The position numbers were made by a program, and so were the translations under genes. The notes below the pieces were generated by a model. That model saw nothing but the letters and a program-made list of their open reading frames with translations. It had not been told where the DNA came from and ran no database searches. A DNA stretch of 64,000 bases, taken from the IMG/VR virus record IMGVR_UViG_3300046673_000306, positions 32,001 to 96,000 of that record, one strand, 5' to 3'. This stretch comes from a virus. Shown here piece after piece: positions 46,841 to 56,108 of the stretch (position 1 is the first letter of the stretch; every line of letters starts with the position of its first letter).

Positions 46841-47681
46841 GGTAATCCTCCTGTGGTTTTTTGATCAGTGAATGCTCAGCCTTCCCCGATACGGATATCT
46901 CTGAAACGGTTTCCAGGTACTGGGCGGCTGCCGCCCACTCAATGGCGACGGAGACGCTGAGCTTGGACTGGTAGATTTGGTCGGCCCCGTACGGGGCCTG
47001 GGCGAATCCGGCGTGGGCGACGTCCAGGACTATGACCCCGTGCTTGCGCAGCTCCCGCTTCTTCTCGATCCACATTATGGCCATGGCCCGATCCGTGAGC
47101 AGGTCCCGGGCCTGCGTGTTCCGGGCCGAGGCCGTGACCTCCATGGTCATGTCGTAGAAGCCGCCGAAGACCATACCCGTGGGATGATGCGGGGAGGAGG
47201 CCCGGAAATTCTTGGCCGGGAACTCCTCGGGGCCGATCCTAGTCCCGAGCAGGGTCACGAAGTGGATGACCTTCCCCTCCGCCCTCTTCTCCTCGACTTT
47301 GAGCGAAAACTTGGGCCTCGGCTCCATCGCGGAGTGGTCACCGGCGTAGCCGAGGACTATGTCGTCTCCCGGGGTCGTGATCAGGGGCAGGTCGAAGACC
47401 CTCCTCGTGGCCGTGCCCCCGGGCTCCTCGACCAGGGCCAGCCCGAAGTAGTTTCCCATGGCGTCCCCGATGCCCATGCGCCGGAACTTGCCCGGCTTCC
47501 CGGTGACGGTCAGGCACGGGAAGTCCCGGACCTGATAGCCCCAGGCGTCGAGGACGATCGACTCCTCTGACCGCGACGGGCCCGTCTTGTCGGGCTGGAA
47601 CAGGGCGTCGGAGGACAGGGCCCGGCGCAGGGTCGAGATCACGATCCTGGTCGCCGCGAAGGAGAGGTGGATTTCAGCCAT
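46827..47681 (-). CDS. Neck/tail terminator protein (putative)
   Basis: Position before the sheath; RDFPCLTV...SARN...RD.L.D. Confidence 0.6.
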   Translation of the reverse strand: MAEIHLSFAATRIVISTLRRALSSDALFQPDKTGPSRSEESIVLDAWGYQVRDFPCLTVTGKPGKFRRMGIGDAMGNYFGLALVEEPGGTATRRVFDLPLITTPGDDIVLGYAGDHSAMEPRPKFSLKVEEKRAEGKVIHFVTLLGTRIGPEEFPAKNFRASSPHHPTGMVFGGFYDMTMEVTASARNTQARDLLTDRAMAIMWIEKKRELRKHGVIVLDVAHAGFAQAPYGADQIYQSKLSVSVAIEWAAAAQYLETVSEISVSGKAEHSLIKKPQEDYHGIA

Positions 47682-47682
47682 G

Positions 47683-49140
47683 TTAGCCCAGGAAATCCTT
47701 GGGATTGACGAATATCGTGCCGTTTACGTTCTGAGGGTCGGTGACTAGCCCCGATTCCTTTCCCTGCAAGACGCGGAGCCTGTTGAGGTCACCGGCTTGG
47801 ACGTCCAGGGGCGCGCCCAGGTCGAAGATCGACTCCACGCCGTAAATGGGGTGGGTTTGATCCATGAGTTCGACGTTGGCCTCTTGGATGATCATGACGC
47901 CCTGGACCCGGTACGGGGATACCGAACCTATCTGGTACCGGAGCGTGGCGTTGATGGCGGCCTCGTAGCTGACGTAATAGGTCGAGGACTTCTGGGGTCG
48001 GCGGCCCTCCGGGAGCCAGAGGATGCCGCTTCCGACGATGGTCGCGATGAAGCCCGAGGCCGGGAACTTGTCTTGGTCCGATATCCCGGAGCCGTAGCCG
48101 CCGTCTAAGGTCACGATGAAGAACCCGGCGTCGGCCATAGTCCCCTTCCGGAGGGTGGCGGTCACGCGCTTGCGCTTGGCCGCCTGGCAGAAGACGCTGA
48201 CGGTCAGGCCCGGGGCGAAGCCAGCGTCAGCGTAGAGCGTGACCTTGGGCTGCGTCACCCCCAGGAGGTTGTCGTGCGCCGGTGGGTCCAGGGGCGCGAC
48301 CTTGCCCAGGACACGGAGGACCCGGGAATCCGGGTCCGGGGGCGGGGTCAGGGCGTCGGCGACCGCGAGTTCGCCGCCGGTCAGGATGTAGTCGACGCCG
48401 TCGACGAAGTCCTCACCACCGCCGACCTGGGGAGGCACGTCGTAGCCGTTGTCCGGCGTCGAGATCGGGGCGGGGTTGGGGACGGATAGGGTGGAGCCGT
48501 CACGGGTCCTACTGATCTTGAGGACCTTCCGCGCGTTCAGCTTCAATAGGGGATCGACGTTGGGGTCCAGGGCGCCCCGGATCACGGGCTCGGCCTGGAA
48601 CCTGACGCAGTCCGTGACCGGGGCCCGGGATAGGGAGACGACGAAGTCCCGGTCCCGAAGCGGGAAGTTTGGCATCAGCGTCAGCATCGGCTTCTGCTCA
48701 AGGGTGATCCCCAGCTCCGTCAGCTTCCTGGCCATGGGGTTGGGGCCGATGGTTCCTACGCTGCGGCCCATGAAGTCGTAGCCGCCCACGAACCTTGTGT
48801 TCCAGCAGATGCGGCAGCCGTCCTGGGCCTGATTCGTGACGGGGTCGACGCAGGCGCAGGTCTCGCCGAAGCGCTTCTGGCGGTAGATCAGCAGGTCCTC
48901 ACCCACGGCCTTGAGCGCCAGCACCCGCGTGTTCAGGGCCTGATTCACGACCAAGTCCATGGCCATGATCTGGTCAGGCTGATCCTGGTAGGGCCCCAGG
49001 GGGTCGGGGAACGCCGACGCCGGGTCCACGGCCCCGGGGACGGGCGGGCGCCAGCCGGACTCGGGGGGAGCGACCGGGCTGAAGGCCTGGTCCGCAGGAC
49101 CCCCGACGCTGCCGAACGGCTTCTCGAATTTTCCGTTCAT
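47683..49140 (-). CDS. Head closure/neck protein (putative)
   Basis: GE...Y.....GETCAC......CRICWNTRFVGGY motif; position. Confidence 0.6.
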   Translation of the reverse strand: MNGKFEKPFGSVGGPADQAFSPVAPPESGWRPPVPGAVDPASAFPDPLGPYQDQPDQIMAMDLVVNQALNTRVLALKAVGEDLLIYRQKRFGETCACVDPVTNQAQDGCRICWNTRFVGGYDFMGRSVGTIGPNPMARKLTELGITLEQKPMLTLMPNFPLRDRDFVVSLSRAPVTDCVRFQAEPVIRGALDPNVDPLLKLNARKVLKISRTRDGSTLSVPNPAPISTPDNGYDVPPQVGGGEDFVDGVDYILTGGELAVADALTPPPDPDSRVLRVLGKVAPLDPPAHDNLLGVTQPKVTLYADAGFAPGLTVSVFCQAAKRKRVTATLRKGTMADAGFFIVTLDGGYGSGISDQDKFPASGFIATIVGSGILWLPEGRRPQKSSTYYVSYEAAINATLRYQIGSVSPYRVQGVMIIQEANVELMDQTHPIYGVESIFDLGAPLDVQAGDLNRLRVLQGKESGLVTDPQNVNGTIFVNPKDFLG

Positions 49141-49144
49141 CTTC

Positions 49145-50476
49145 CTATCGAATCCTCATTTGTCTTGGCGCGTATACCCTTATACGGAAAGAGAGCGGGC
49201 TCGTGAGGATTCCCTCGCCGTGGACGAAGCGCATCGTGCAGTAGAGCTTGATGGATTTGAGTTCTGTGGCGAAGGCCGACTCCTCGGCCTGGACCATGTT
49301 GTTGTAGAGCATGGTCCGGTTGATGCTGATCGTGGTCCCGCCAGCCCCGAGGTTGAACTCCTTAGCGGCCTCAAGCGCGGCCTGAGACCTCAGAGCGGCC
49401 AGGCGCGCGGCCACGAGGATGTAGTTGAAGAAATCCTTCGGTGCAGTCTCAAGGTTGAAGTCCGTGACCATGGGTATGGCGTTGACGCGGCTGAGACCCA
49501 TGCTGATCGCCAGCCAGAGGTCGTCGTCGGACCAGCGCCTGACCCTGGGGTCCGGGGGGTTGTCCTTGAGCAGGGCCCGGAGGTTGACGATGTACCTCTC
49601 CGCCTGCGGCGAGAAGTTGCAGATGGACTCGGAGGGGGCGCTGCACCGGCCCGACCTGTCCATGGACGTGACGAAGTAAGTGTAGTAGTCGGGGAAGAAC
49701 TCGACGCCGCCGCCGACAGAGTCGTCGCAGAACTCCAGGCGCTCGCAGGCCCTGACGCAGCCGATCCTGTGCTCGTTGCGCCAGACCTCGTAGAGCACGA
49801 TCTCGGGTATGGCCGCGACCGCGCTCCACGTCAGCTTGATCCGGTGCTTGTTCCGGTCCAGGGGGTTGGAGGTGTAGACGGCTTGGAGCGCCGTGGGCGG
49901 AGGCACCGGCTTCTCGGGCTCGCACTCGCGGCGATCGCCGCAGGGGCTGGGCTCGCCGTCGCAGCGGTGATACTCGCCGTCACGGTACCTGAAGAGGGCG
50001 TTGTCGTGGTCCCGCCACCACCAGGTCCAGTCATAGAGGTAGCACCAGCGGTGCCGGTAGGGGTCGTACCACCAGAAGCAGTCGTTGTAGTAGACCGTCC
50101 AGGTATAGACGTCGCGGAAGTAGAACCCCCAGCGGTGGTACGATCCATCGAAATGGTGGCAGAGTTCGTGCTCGGACCAGTGCCGCCAGTGGTAGCCCCG
50201 GTCGTTGATGTCCCAGGATATGTCCTCGGCCCTGATCCTATCCTCGACCTCGCGGTCCATCATGGGCCTGAGCCGGATTTCCTCAGGAGCGATCAGCCTG
50301 TGGTCGTCGCGCTCGATGGGCTTCTGGCAGATGGGCCTGCCCTGGGGTCCCGTCGCGGGGTACTGGATGCTGCCGGGAGAGCCGTGCTCGACCATGCGGT
50401 CGCCGACAGGCCTGCGGCGCCAGTGCTCCTGGCGCGGGTGCTGGTCCTGGTGGGGGTCGGGGATAGGATCGCCCAC
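49145..50476 (-). CDS. Head-tail adaptor-like protein with an N-terminal aromatic-rich domain and FN3
   Basis: C-terminal LRALLKD...WSDDDL...N.IP adaptor-like; central WSA..YEVWRN..YTYFV. Confidence 0.6.
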   Translation of the reverse strand: MGDPIPDPHQDQHPRQEHWRRRPVGDRMVEHGSPGSIQYPATGPQGRPICQKPIERDDHRLIAPEEIRLRPMMDREVEDRIRAEDISWDINDRGYHWRHWSEHELCHHFDGSYHRWGFYFRDVYTWTVYYNDCFWWYDPYRHRWCYLYDWTWWWRDHDNALFRYRDGEYHRCDGEPSPCGDRRECEPEKPVPPPTALQAVYTSNPLDRNKHRIKLTWSAVAAIPEIVLYEVWRNEHRIGCVRACERLEFCDDSVGGGVEFFPDYYTYFVTSMDRSGRCSAPSESICNFSPQAERYIVNLRALLKDNPPDPRVRRWSDDDLWLAISMGLSRVNAIPMVTDFNLETAPKDFFNYILVAARLAALRSQAALEAAKEFNLGAGGTTISINRTMLYNNMVQAEESAFATELKSIKLYCTMRFVHGEGILTSPLSFRIRVYAPRQMRIR

Positions 50477-50566
50477 TTAGCTGACCCCCATGATCGTCGG
50501 CGCTGAGATCGGGGCTGCCGAGCGCGTGAACGTACCGACGGTCACTGATTGGTTGGCCATATCACA

Positions 50567-53500
50567 CTACCGCCAAACTGAAACACGGACAACTGCACCT
50601 GCACCTTGAGCCGAGGTCCAAGTCACGTCCAGGAAGTCGCTGATCTGATTGGCGAATCCCACGATGATCGTCGGGACTGCCCCCGGAACCTTGTACGCCA
50701 CGGTCATTATGGTATCTGAAGTCAAAAGACCCGCTAACGACATGGTTTCGGTCGCGGTAGCACCGGTACCCGGTGCACTATCGATGACTACGATTCCCTT
50801 CGGTACCGTAGGCTCCCATTGGGAATCGGTGGCACTATAAGTTAAAACCTGGCCATCGGTTGGGGTGGCCTCTGTTACTGGGGTGTTTCGGATACCTGCG
50901 ACTGTGGGATTAGGTAATGTCCCTGAGAGGTCTCCGCCAAGAGCGGACGACCCACCAAATAATAGCGAGCCTCCTACATTGATACTACCGTTCACGTCAA
51001 GAGGATGTGCCGGAGATGATGTGTTTATGCCGACCTGGCCCGTAGAGTTGACAAAGATCGACGATGCTGGCGCCGCATGGTCCAGGTGGAACACAGCTGC
51101 ACCGTTAAATCCATTACTGCCGGTAAGAGACTTTAGTTCAAAAGCTCCACCGGTATTTCTGGCCACAACCTGCCACCTAGTAGTCGCCAAGGTGTATGGG
51201 GTAAGGGTCAAGGAGCCGTCTAGGATTTGCCCATATGTTGCGTTACCGCTAGAGCTGATACTAGCTCCATTAACGGCATCGACCTGAAACACGAGGCCCA
51301 CGGAATGGCCGTAATGCCCGAGCTGAACTGTGAACACACCGCAGCCACCAGTGCCTGGGATGGTCTCTACACCACCGTTGGCTACGCCGAGCTTAAGGCT
51401 CGCCGCGACATCCAGGCCAGAGAGGCCAGTAGTCACGACCAGGGAAGCATTGTACTTATTGAAGGCGTCTCCGGGAGTGGTAAGCGTATATATTGTGTTC
51501 GTAAAACTCGCCGTGAACGATGCGTAAGAATGCGAGTACGCACCCCCCGTGGGGTGCGTCGAAGGAACTGGCGCTGTCTGAGCATGACTTGGGTCACCAC
51601 TCACCGCAACGCCAACCAAAATCGCGGCGGCGGGGTATGACAAAACTGCCACCATGACCTGCGCTGCCGTCGAGACCCCCGATGCTATCTGGACATGTAT
51701 GGCCGCCGAGGATACTGTCACGACCTCTGAACCTGCGGTGCCGCCGGTTTGGTAAGAGATTGCGATGGCACGTCCCGCAAGCCCAGTCGAAATAGAAGTA
51801 TACGTGAGGTCCTGTATGACTACGCTCGATACACTATCCACGGAAGCCGGAGTAGAGGCGCGCACGGCGCTCTGGATGGCTGCTGCAATATTGGCCCCAC
51901 CGGTTATAGCAGATGAACCCAGGTTAATGGTCAATGGGGATTCCCCATTGATAGTCATCGTCAACGTGGAGTTCGCCGCCACCGAAGTCGCGGCTCCAGA
52001 TCCCCCTACGGACTGCCACCCAAAGATAGATCCCGTCCAGAGAGACAAACCGCCACCAGTCGCCCCTGCTGACCCAGAAAGAATATTAACAGACCCGCCA
52101 TTATAATCGGAGTCGCCTGCGAGCGCGTATATAGCACCGCCCCCAAGCGAGCCGCTAGTCCCATAAGCTCTGCCGCCAATAAGTATAATTCCATCCCCAG
52201 CACTGCCTGGAGCCACTGCTCCAGAGGGGCCCATTATTTCAACCGGAGACAAGTACCCACTGGCATTTATAGACGGCACAAGGATAGCGCCTGGTGAATT
52301 TAATGGATTGCTGGATTTGAGATTAACCCCTGAGATGGCCGCACCATATCCAGGTCCAAAAATAGTTGGCAGAAACGCCGGACCCACTGGAGACCAATTG
52401 AAGATTGGCATTGAATTGTTCGTGTCGCTAGAGAAGGTCTCACCCTGAATAGCGTGAACGGAAGTCACCGAAGGATTCGGGTATTCCCCGGATAAATCAC
52501 CGCCTGCATAGCCGGTTGGGGTGGCCTCTGTGATTGGGGCCGGTAGATTAGTTGGCTCCCATTGGGAATCGGTGGCACTATAAGTTAAAACCTGGCCATC
52601 GGTTGGGGTGGCCTCTGTTACTGGGGTGTTTCGGATACCTGCGACTGTGGGATTAGGTAATGTCCCTGAGAGGTCTCCGCCAAGAGCGGACGACCCACCA
52701 AATAATAGCGAGCCTCCTACATTGATACTACCGTTCACGTCAAGAGGATGTGCCGGAGATGATGTGTTTATGCCGACCTGCTCGGAGGAATTGACGAATA
52801 GTGCTGGTGGGACTCCAAAACCGGAACCGGAACCAGCTTTATATAACCCGAAAGAACCATCGGAATCCGAATGTTCAAGAACCCACATTCCTGATCTATT
52901 GGCGGCATGAAGAAACACTCTTGCGTTAGGATTCTGACCCGAATTCGAACCTCCGAATATATTTAGACCATCCCCATCCCAATAACCGATCGTAGATGTC
53001 CCCGGACTACCGCTCCCTGCGATGAAGTGAAATCCACCAGTGCCTCCCACGCCTCCGAAATACTCTTGCCCACCATTATCAATTCCTAATTGCAGAGCTG
53101 CCGCCACGTCTGGACTAGACAAACCAGTGCTGACCACGAGACTGGCTTGCATGTGGGTTAGAACATCCCCTGGGGCCACCATCTGGTACGCGCCTCCAGA
53201 AAATTGACACTGGAATCCAGAATACGAGATTTGATTCGTGGGAGTCGCGGCAGTCAAGGCCTGAACCTTGGCTTGGATATCAGCCGCAATCGCAATCCCC
53301 GTGCTATTGGCGGCCAGGACAATAGTCTGCGCAGCTTCACCATCGATAGACATGGTCAATGTCGCGCCCGCAGAGACCGAGGTTGCGGGGCTATCGCCGC
53401 TATCGGATTCCCATCCGAGCACATTGCCTGAGAAGAAAGTCATGCCGCCGCCTGAGGTGCCTCCACTGATACCAGCCGCGATGTTCATCCCGCCGCCGCT

Positions 53501-54184
53501 GAAGTCAGGGGAACCAGCAGAAATGAAAGCGTTGCCCCCGGATTGAGTGAAGTTCGTTCCGAAGACAGGCGCCCCCGAAATCCATGCCCCGCCGCTTAAT
53601 CCGAGAGCACTAGGATTGTTTTGACCCATGGAAGGAGCCATCACCGCCGGATACGAGTATCCATCGGCATCCACGTCGGGGGCCAGGAAACCGCCTGCAA
53701 AGTATCCCTTTGGATTGGGCGACAAGAGCGTGGCCCCGTACATAGCCGCGCCACTGGCGGGGAATGGCGGCGCCGGGAATGATGCGGCGGTTATAACCGG
53801 AGTCGCATCCGACGACACCGACTCGCCATTCGGCATGAGCACGGACTGCGCAACGACGGCCTGCCATGTCGCGGTCGTGGCTGACGTCGCAATCAGGGCC
53901 TGCCCCGGGGCCGGTGGCGCGGCTGCGCTTACGACGACCGGGGAACCAGTAGTGGCCAAGCTCGTAGCTGCCCCACCTCCCCCGCTACCCGGGGCCCAGG
54001 ACGTCCCGTTAAAGACCAGGGCCTGCCCCGTAGTCGGTGCCGTTGGCGACAGCGGGGTACCGGCCAGCATCAGCGCCGCAGTGTCGATCGCGGTGAAGTT
54101 GGCGTTGATCTTGGCCCCAAACAGGTCGTAGGCGCTGATCGGGGGCAGGTCTAGGTTCAGGTTCGGGGTGAATGTATCGGGCAT
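50567..54184 (-). CDS. Gly/Ser-rich fibre protein with two paralogous modules
   Basis: TPNLNLDLP...INANF..ID N-terminus; GQ.L.. spacer motifs; GGDLSGT.PNP; VGINT.SP. Confidence 0.8.
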   Translation of the reverse strand: MPDTFTPNLNLDLPPISAYDLFGAKINANFTAIDTAALMLAGTPLSPTAPTTGQALVFNGTSWAPGSGGGGAATSLATTGSPVVVSAAAPPAPGQALIATSATTATWQAVVAQSVLMPNGESVSSDATPVITAASFPAPPFPASGAAMYGATLLSPNPKGYFAGGFLAPDVDADGYSYPAVMAPSMGQNNPSALGLSGGAWISGAPVFGTNFTQSGGNAFISAGSPDFSGGGMNIAAGISGGTSGGGMTFFSGNVLGWESDSGDSPATSVSAGATLTMSIDGEAAQTIVLAANSTGIAIAADIQAKVQALTAATPTNQISYSGFQCQFSGGAYQMVAPGDVLTHMQASLVVSTGLSSPDVAAALQLGIDNGGQEYFGGVGGTGGFHFIAGSGSPGTSTIGYWDGDGLNIFGGSNSGQNPNARVFLHAANRSGMWVLEHSDSDGSFGLYKAGSGSGFGVPPALFVNSSEQVGINTSSPAHPLDVNGSINVGGSLLFGGSSALGGDLSGTLPNPTVAGIRNTPVTEATPTDGQVLTYSATDSQWEPTNLPAPITEATPTGYAGGDLSGEYPNPSVTSVHAIQGETFSSDTNNSMPIFNWSPVGPAFLPTIFGPGYGAAISGVNLKSSNPLNSPGAILVPSINASGYLSPVEIMGPSGAVAPGSAGDGIILIGGRAYGTSGSLGGGAIYALAGDSDYNGGSVNILSGSAGATGGGLSLWTGSIFGWQSVGGSGAATSVAANSTLTMTINGESPLTINLGSSAITGGANIAAAIQSAVRASTPASVDSVSSVVIQDLTYTSISTGLAGRAIAISYQTGGTAGSEVVTVSSAAIHVQIASGVSTAAQVMVAVLSYPAAAILVGVAVSGDPSHAQTAPVPSTHPTGGAYSHSYASFTASFTNTIYTLTTPGDAFNKYNASLVVTTGLSGLDVAASLKLGVANGGVETIPGTGGCGVFTVQLGHYGHSVGLVFQVDAVNGASISSSGNATYGQILDGSLTLTPYTLATTRWQVVARNTGGAFELKSLTGSNGFNGAAVFHLDHAAPASSIFVNSTGQVGINTSSPAHPLDVNGSINVGGSLLFGGSSALGGDLSGTLPNPTVAGIRNTPVTEATPTDGQVLTYSATDSQWEPTVPKGIVVIDSAPGTGATATETMSLAGLLTSDTIMTVAYKVPGAVPTIIVGFANQISDFLDVTWTSAQGAGAVVRVSVWR
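50811..51037. repeat. Perfect 227-bp direct repeat, copy 1
   Basis: Identical to 52554-52780. Confidence 0.95.
52554..52780. repeat. Perfect 227-bp direct repeat, copy 2
   Basis: Identical to 50811-51037; offset 1743 bp (in frame). Confidence 0.95.
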
Positions 54185-54187
54185 AGA

Positions 54188-54541
54188 TCAGACTCCGTAG
54201 GGGACCTCGGCGTTGGCTGGTGGGGCTGCGGCCTCGCCGTATGGACGCGCGCCGTAGTCCGTGCACTCGACGGCGACCAGGGTATAGTAGACGTCCTGCC
54301 CGAAGATGGGGTCGTCGACGTCGACGTCGGTGTAGGACGTGGCCCTCGGGCCCAGGTCAAACTCACTGGCGATCATGGGCCCGGGGGCGCTGACAACCGG
54401 GCTCCGAAAGAGCCGGTACCCGATCACGTGGTGGCCTGCGGCGTCGGCGGGCGCGTACGGGGACCAGGATAGCAGGACGCTATTGCGGTTGGGCAGTAGC
54501 GTCGCGCTCAGTCCCGGGGGAGCGATCAGTTCATAGGCCAT
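54188..54541 (-). CDS. Single FN3-domain protein
   Basis: PPGLSA...LLSW...GYRLFRS...YTD...YYTLVAV. Confidence 0.75.
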   Translation of the reverse strand: MAYELIAPPGLSATLLPNRNSVLLSWSPYAPADAAGHHVIGYRLFRSPVVSAPGPMIASEFDLGPRATSYTDVDVDDPIFGQDVYYTLVAVECTDYGARPYGEAAAPPANAEVPYGV

Positions 54542-54544
54542 GTC

Positions 54545-55939
54545 TCAGCTGCTCAACACATTGAGAATGTTGGTGACCGAGGTCACGTCCTGATGCCGGT
54601 AGACCCCGATGTCCGGGTAGCCGACCGGGGTGGTCTGGCCGGGCATGACGCTAGGGAACCCGGCGTTCTTCAGTTCCAGGCCCCCGACGGCGGCGGAGTT
54701 CAGGGAGAAGTCGTTGCCTCCGGGGTTGTTGAAGGGGGACGCTGACATCGCGATGCTGTTGGGTCCGGTGTTCAGGTTATTGGTATCCCCCAGGGTATTG
54801 CTGTAGTACCCGTTGTAATTGATGGATGCGGAAACGGGGTGAGCCTGGGCCGTCACGACGTTGATCCCGTACCCGCTGCTGTTGCTGATGATGTTGTTAA
54901 CGATTATGTTGGTTGAGATAGAGACGGTGGCTGACAACCTGATCCCATCCCTTCCGCTCCCGTAGATCGTGTTCCCGACGATGGTGGCGACCCCGAGGTT
55001 GGTGGCATAAATGATTCCGTCGGAGGAGGCTCCGGTGCAGTTCGTGATCAGGCAGTCTATGACCTGATTCTGCGCGTTAGTGCCGCCTAGGTATATCCCG
55101 ACGCAGGTGTTGTCGTGGACCCAGCACCCCATGATGCAGTTGTTTCCTCCGGAGTTGCTGGAAATCCCGACTATGGTGCAGCCCATGACCTCGGTGTTGT
55201 AGACGTAGCCGGTGTTGGTGGTGACGATCCCGGACGCGAACCCTGTGACCTTGCAATTCGATATCTGGGTACCGTCCGAGCCCACGGAGATTCCGATGAC
55301 GCCGCCCGAGGTGCTGCTGAAGATAAGGTTCTGCAAGCACCAGCCGGTGGCCGCCGAAAACGTGATCCCGTTTATGGCGTTGGACCCGGTCGAGATCAGG
55401 GGCCGATTCGAGCCCGTAGGGATCGTGCTGTGGTTGGTGACATAGCCTATGAGGCTGTTCTGGTAGTTACCGGCGGTCACCGAGGGGGCCAGCGCTGAGG
55501 TTATGTTGTAGGTACCGGACGCGACGTAGATGGTCTGATCGGGAACAGTCATGGCGGCTATCCCCTGGGCTATGGTCAGGAACCCGCCGCCCATCCTCCC
55601 GGTCATGCCCGTGGCCCCGGTGGTGCAGCAGATGGCGTTCACGCTCCATGTATTGACGGACGTGTTGACGGTCGTGACCTCGTATCTCCCGGGGGTAAAG
55701 CCAGTGCCGCCCGTGATATTGACGATGTTCCCGACGTCGGTTGCGGCCACGGTGTAGCCCGTGACCGTGAAGGATGAGCCTGTCTTGTAGGTGGCGGTGA
55801 TGGTCGAGCCGTCAAAGACGACTTGGGCGGCATTCTGCTGGCTGTGGTCAGTGCCCCCGGCACCGACGGTGTATCCGCCACCGTTGGAGTCGCTGCCCCC
55901 GGTCCTGACCTCCCACGCCACCGCGCTGGTGAGTGCCAT
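54545..55939 (-). CDS. Right-handed beta-helix virion protein
   Basis: TIAQG...IYVASGTY; GI.....N.I.. repeats; PDIGVY. Confidence 0.8.
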   Translation of the reverse strand: MALTSAVAWEVRTGGSDSNGGGYTVGAGGTDHSQQNAAQVVFDGSTITATYKTGSSFTVTGYTVAATDVGNIVNITGGTGFTPGRYEVTTVNTSVNTWSVNAICCTTGATGMTGRMGGGFLTIAQGIAAMTVPDQTIYVASGTYNITSALAPSVTAGNYQNSLIGYVTNHSTIPTGSNRPLISTGSNAINGITFSAATGWCLQNLIFSSTSGGVIGISVGSDGTQISNCKVTGFASGIVTTNTGYVYNTEVMGCTIVGISSNSGGNNCIMGCWVHDNTCVGIYLGGTNAQNQVIDCLITNCTGASSDGIIYATNLGVATIVGNTIYGSGRDGIRLSATVSISTNIIVNNIISNSSGYGINVVTAQAHPVSASINYNGYYSNTLGDTNNLNTGPNSIAMSASPFNNPGGNDFSLNSAAVGGLELKNAGFPSVMPGQTTPVGYPDIGVYRHQDVTSVTNILNVLSS

Positions 55940-55940
55940 C

Positions 55941-56108
55941 TCAGTTCACCGGTTGGAAGAATTGGGGATTTCCGGTCACGAAGTTGCAGGCGACGTAGAC
56001 GCCGAGATTGCTCATGTCCTGGAACGGGGCGACGCCGTCTCCCTGCAACGCGTCTCCGACGGATACCCCGTCCTGGCCCGGGTCGGCGATGACCTTGTAC
56101 TGGATCAT
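55941..56108 (-). CDS. Small hypothetical protein (55 aa)
   Basis: GGAGG SD; coupled to its neighbours. Confidence 0.55.
   Translation of the reverse strand: MIQYKVIADPGQDGVSVGDALQGDGVAPFQDMSNLGVYVACNFVTGNPQFFQPVN

Noticed and set aside
23954-47681. Stand-alone contractile injection system or tailocin
   Set aside because: Capsid, scaffold, protease and neck genes are contiguous, so this is a phage
50811-52780. Diversity-generating retroelement TR/VR pair
   Set aside because: The copies are identical (no adenine-specific mismatches), both are coding, and no reverse transcriptase is in the window
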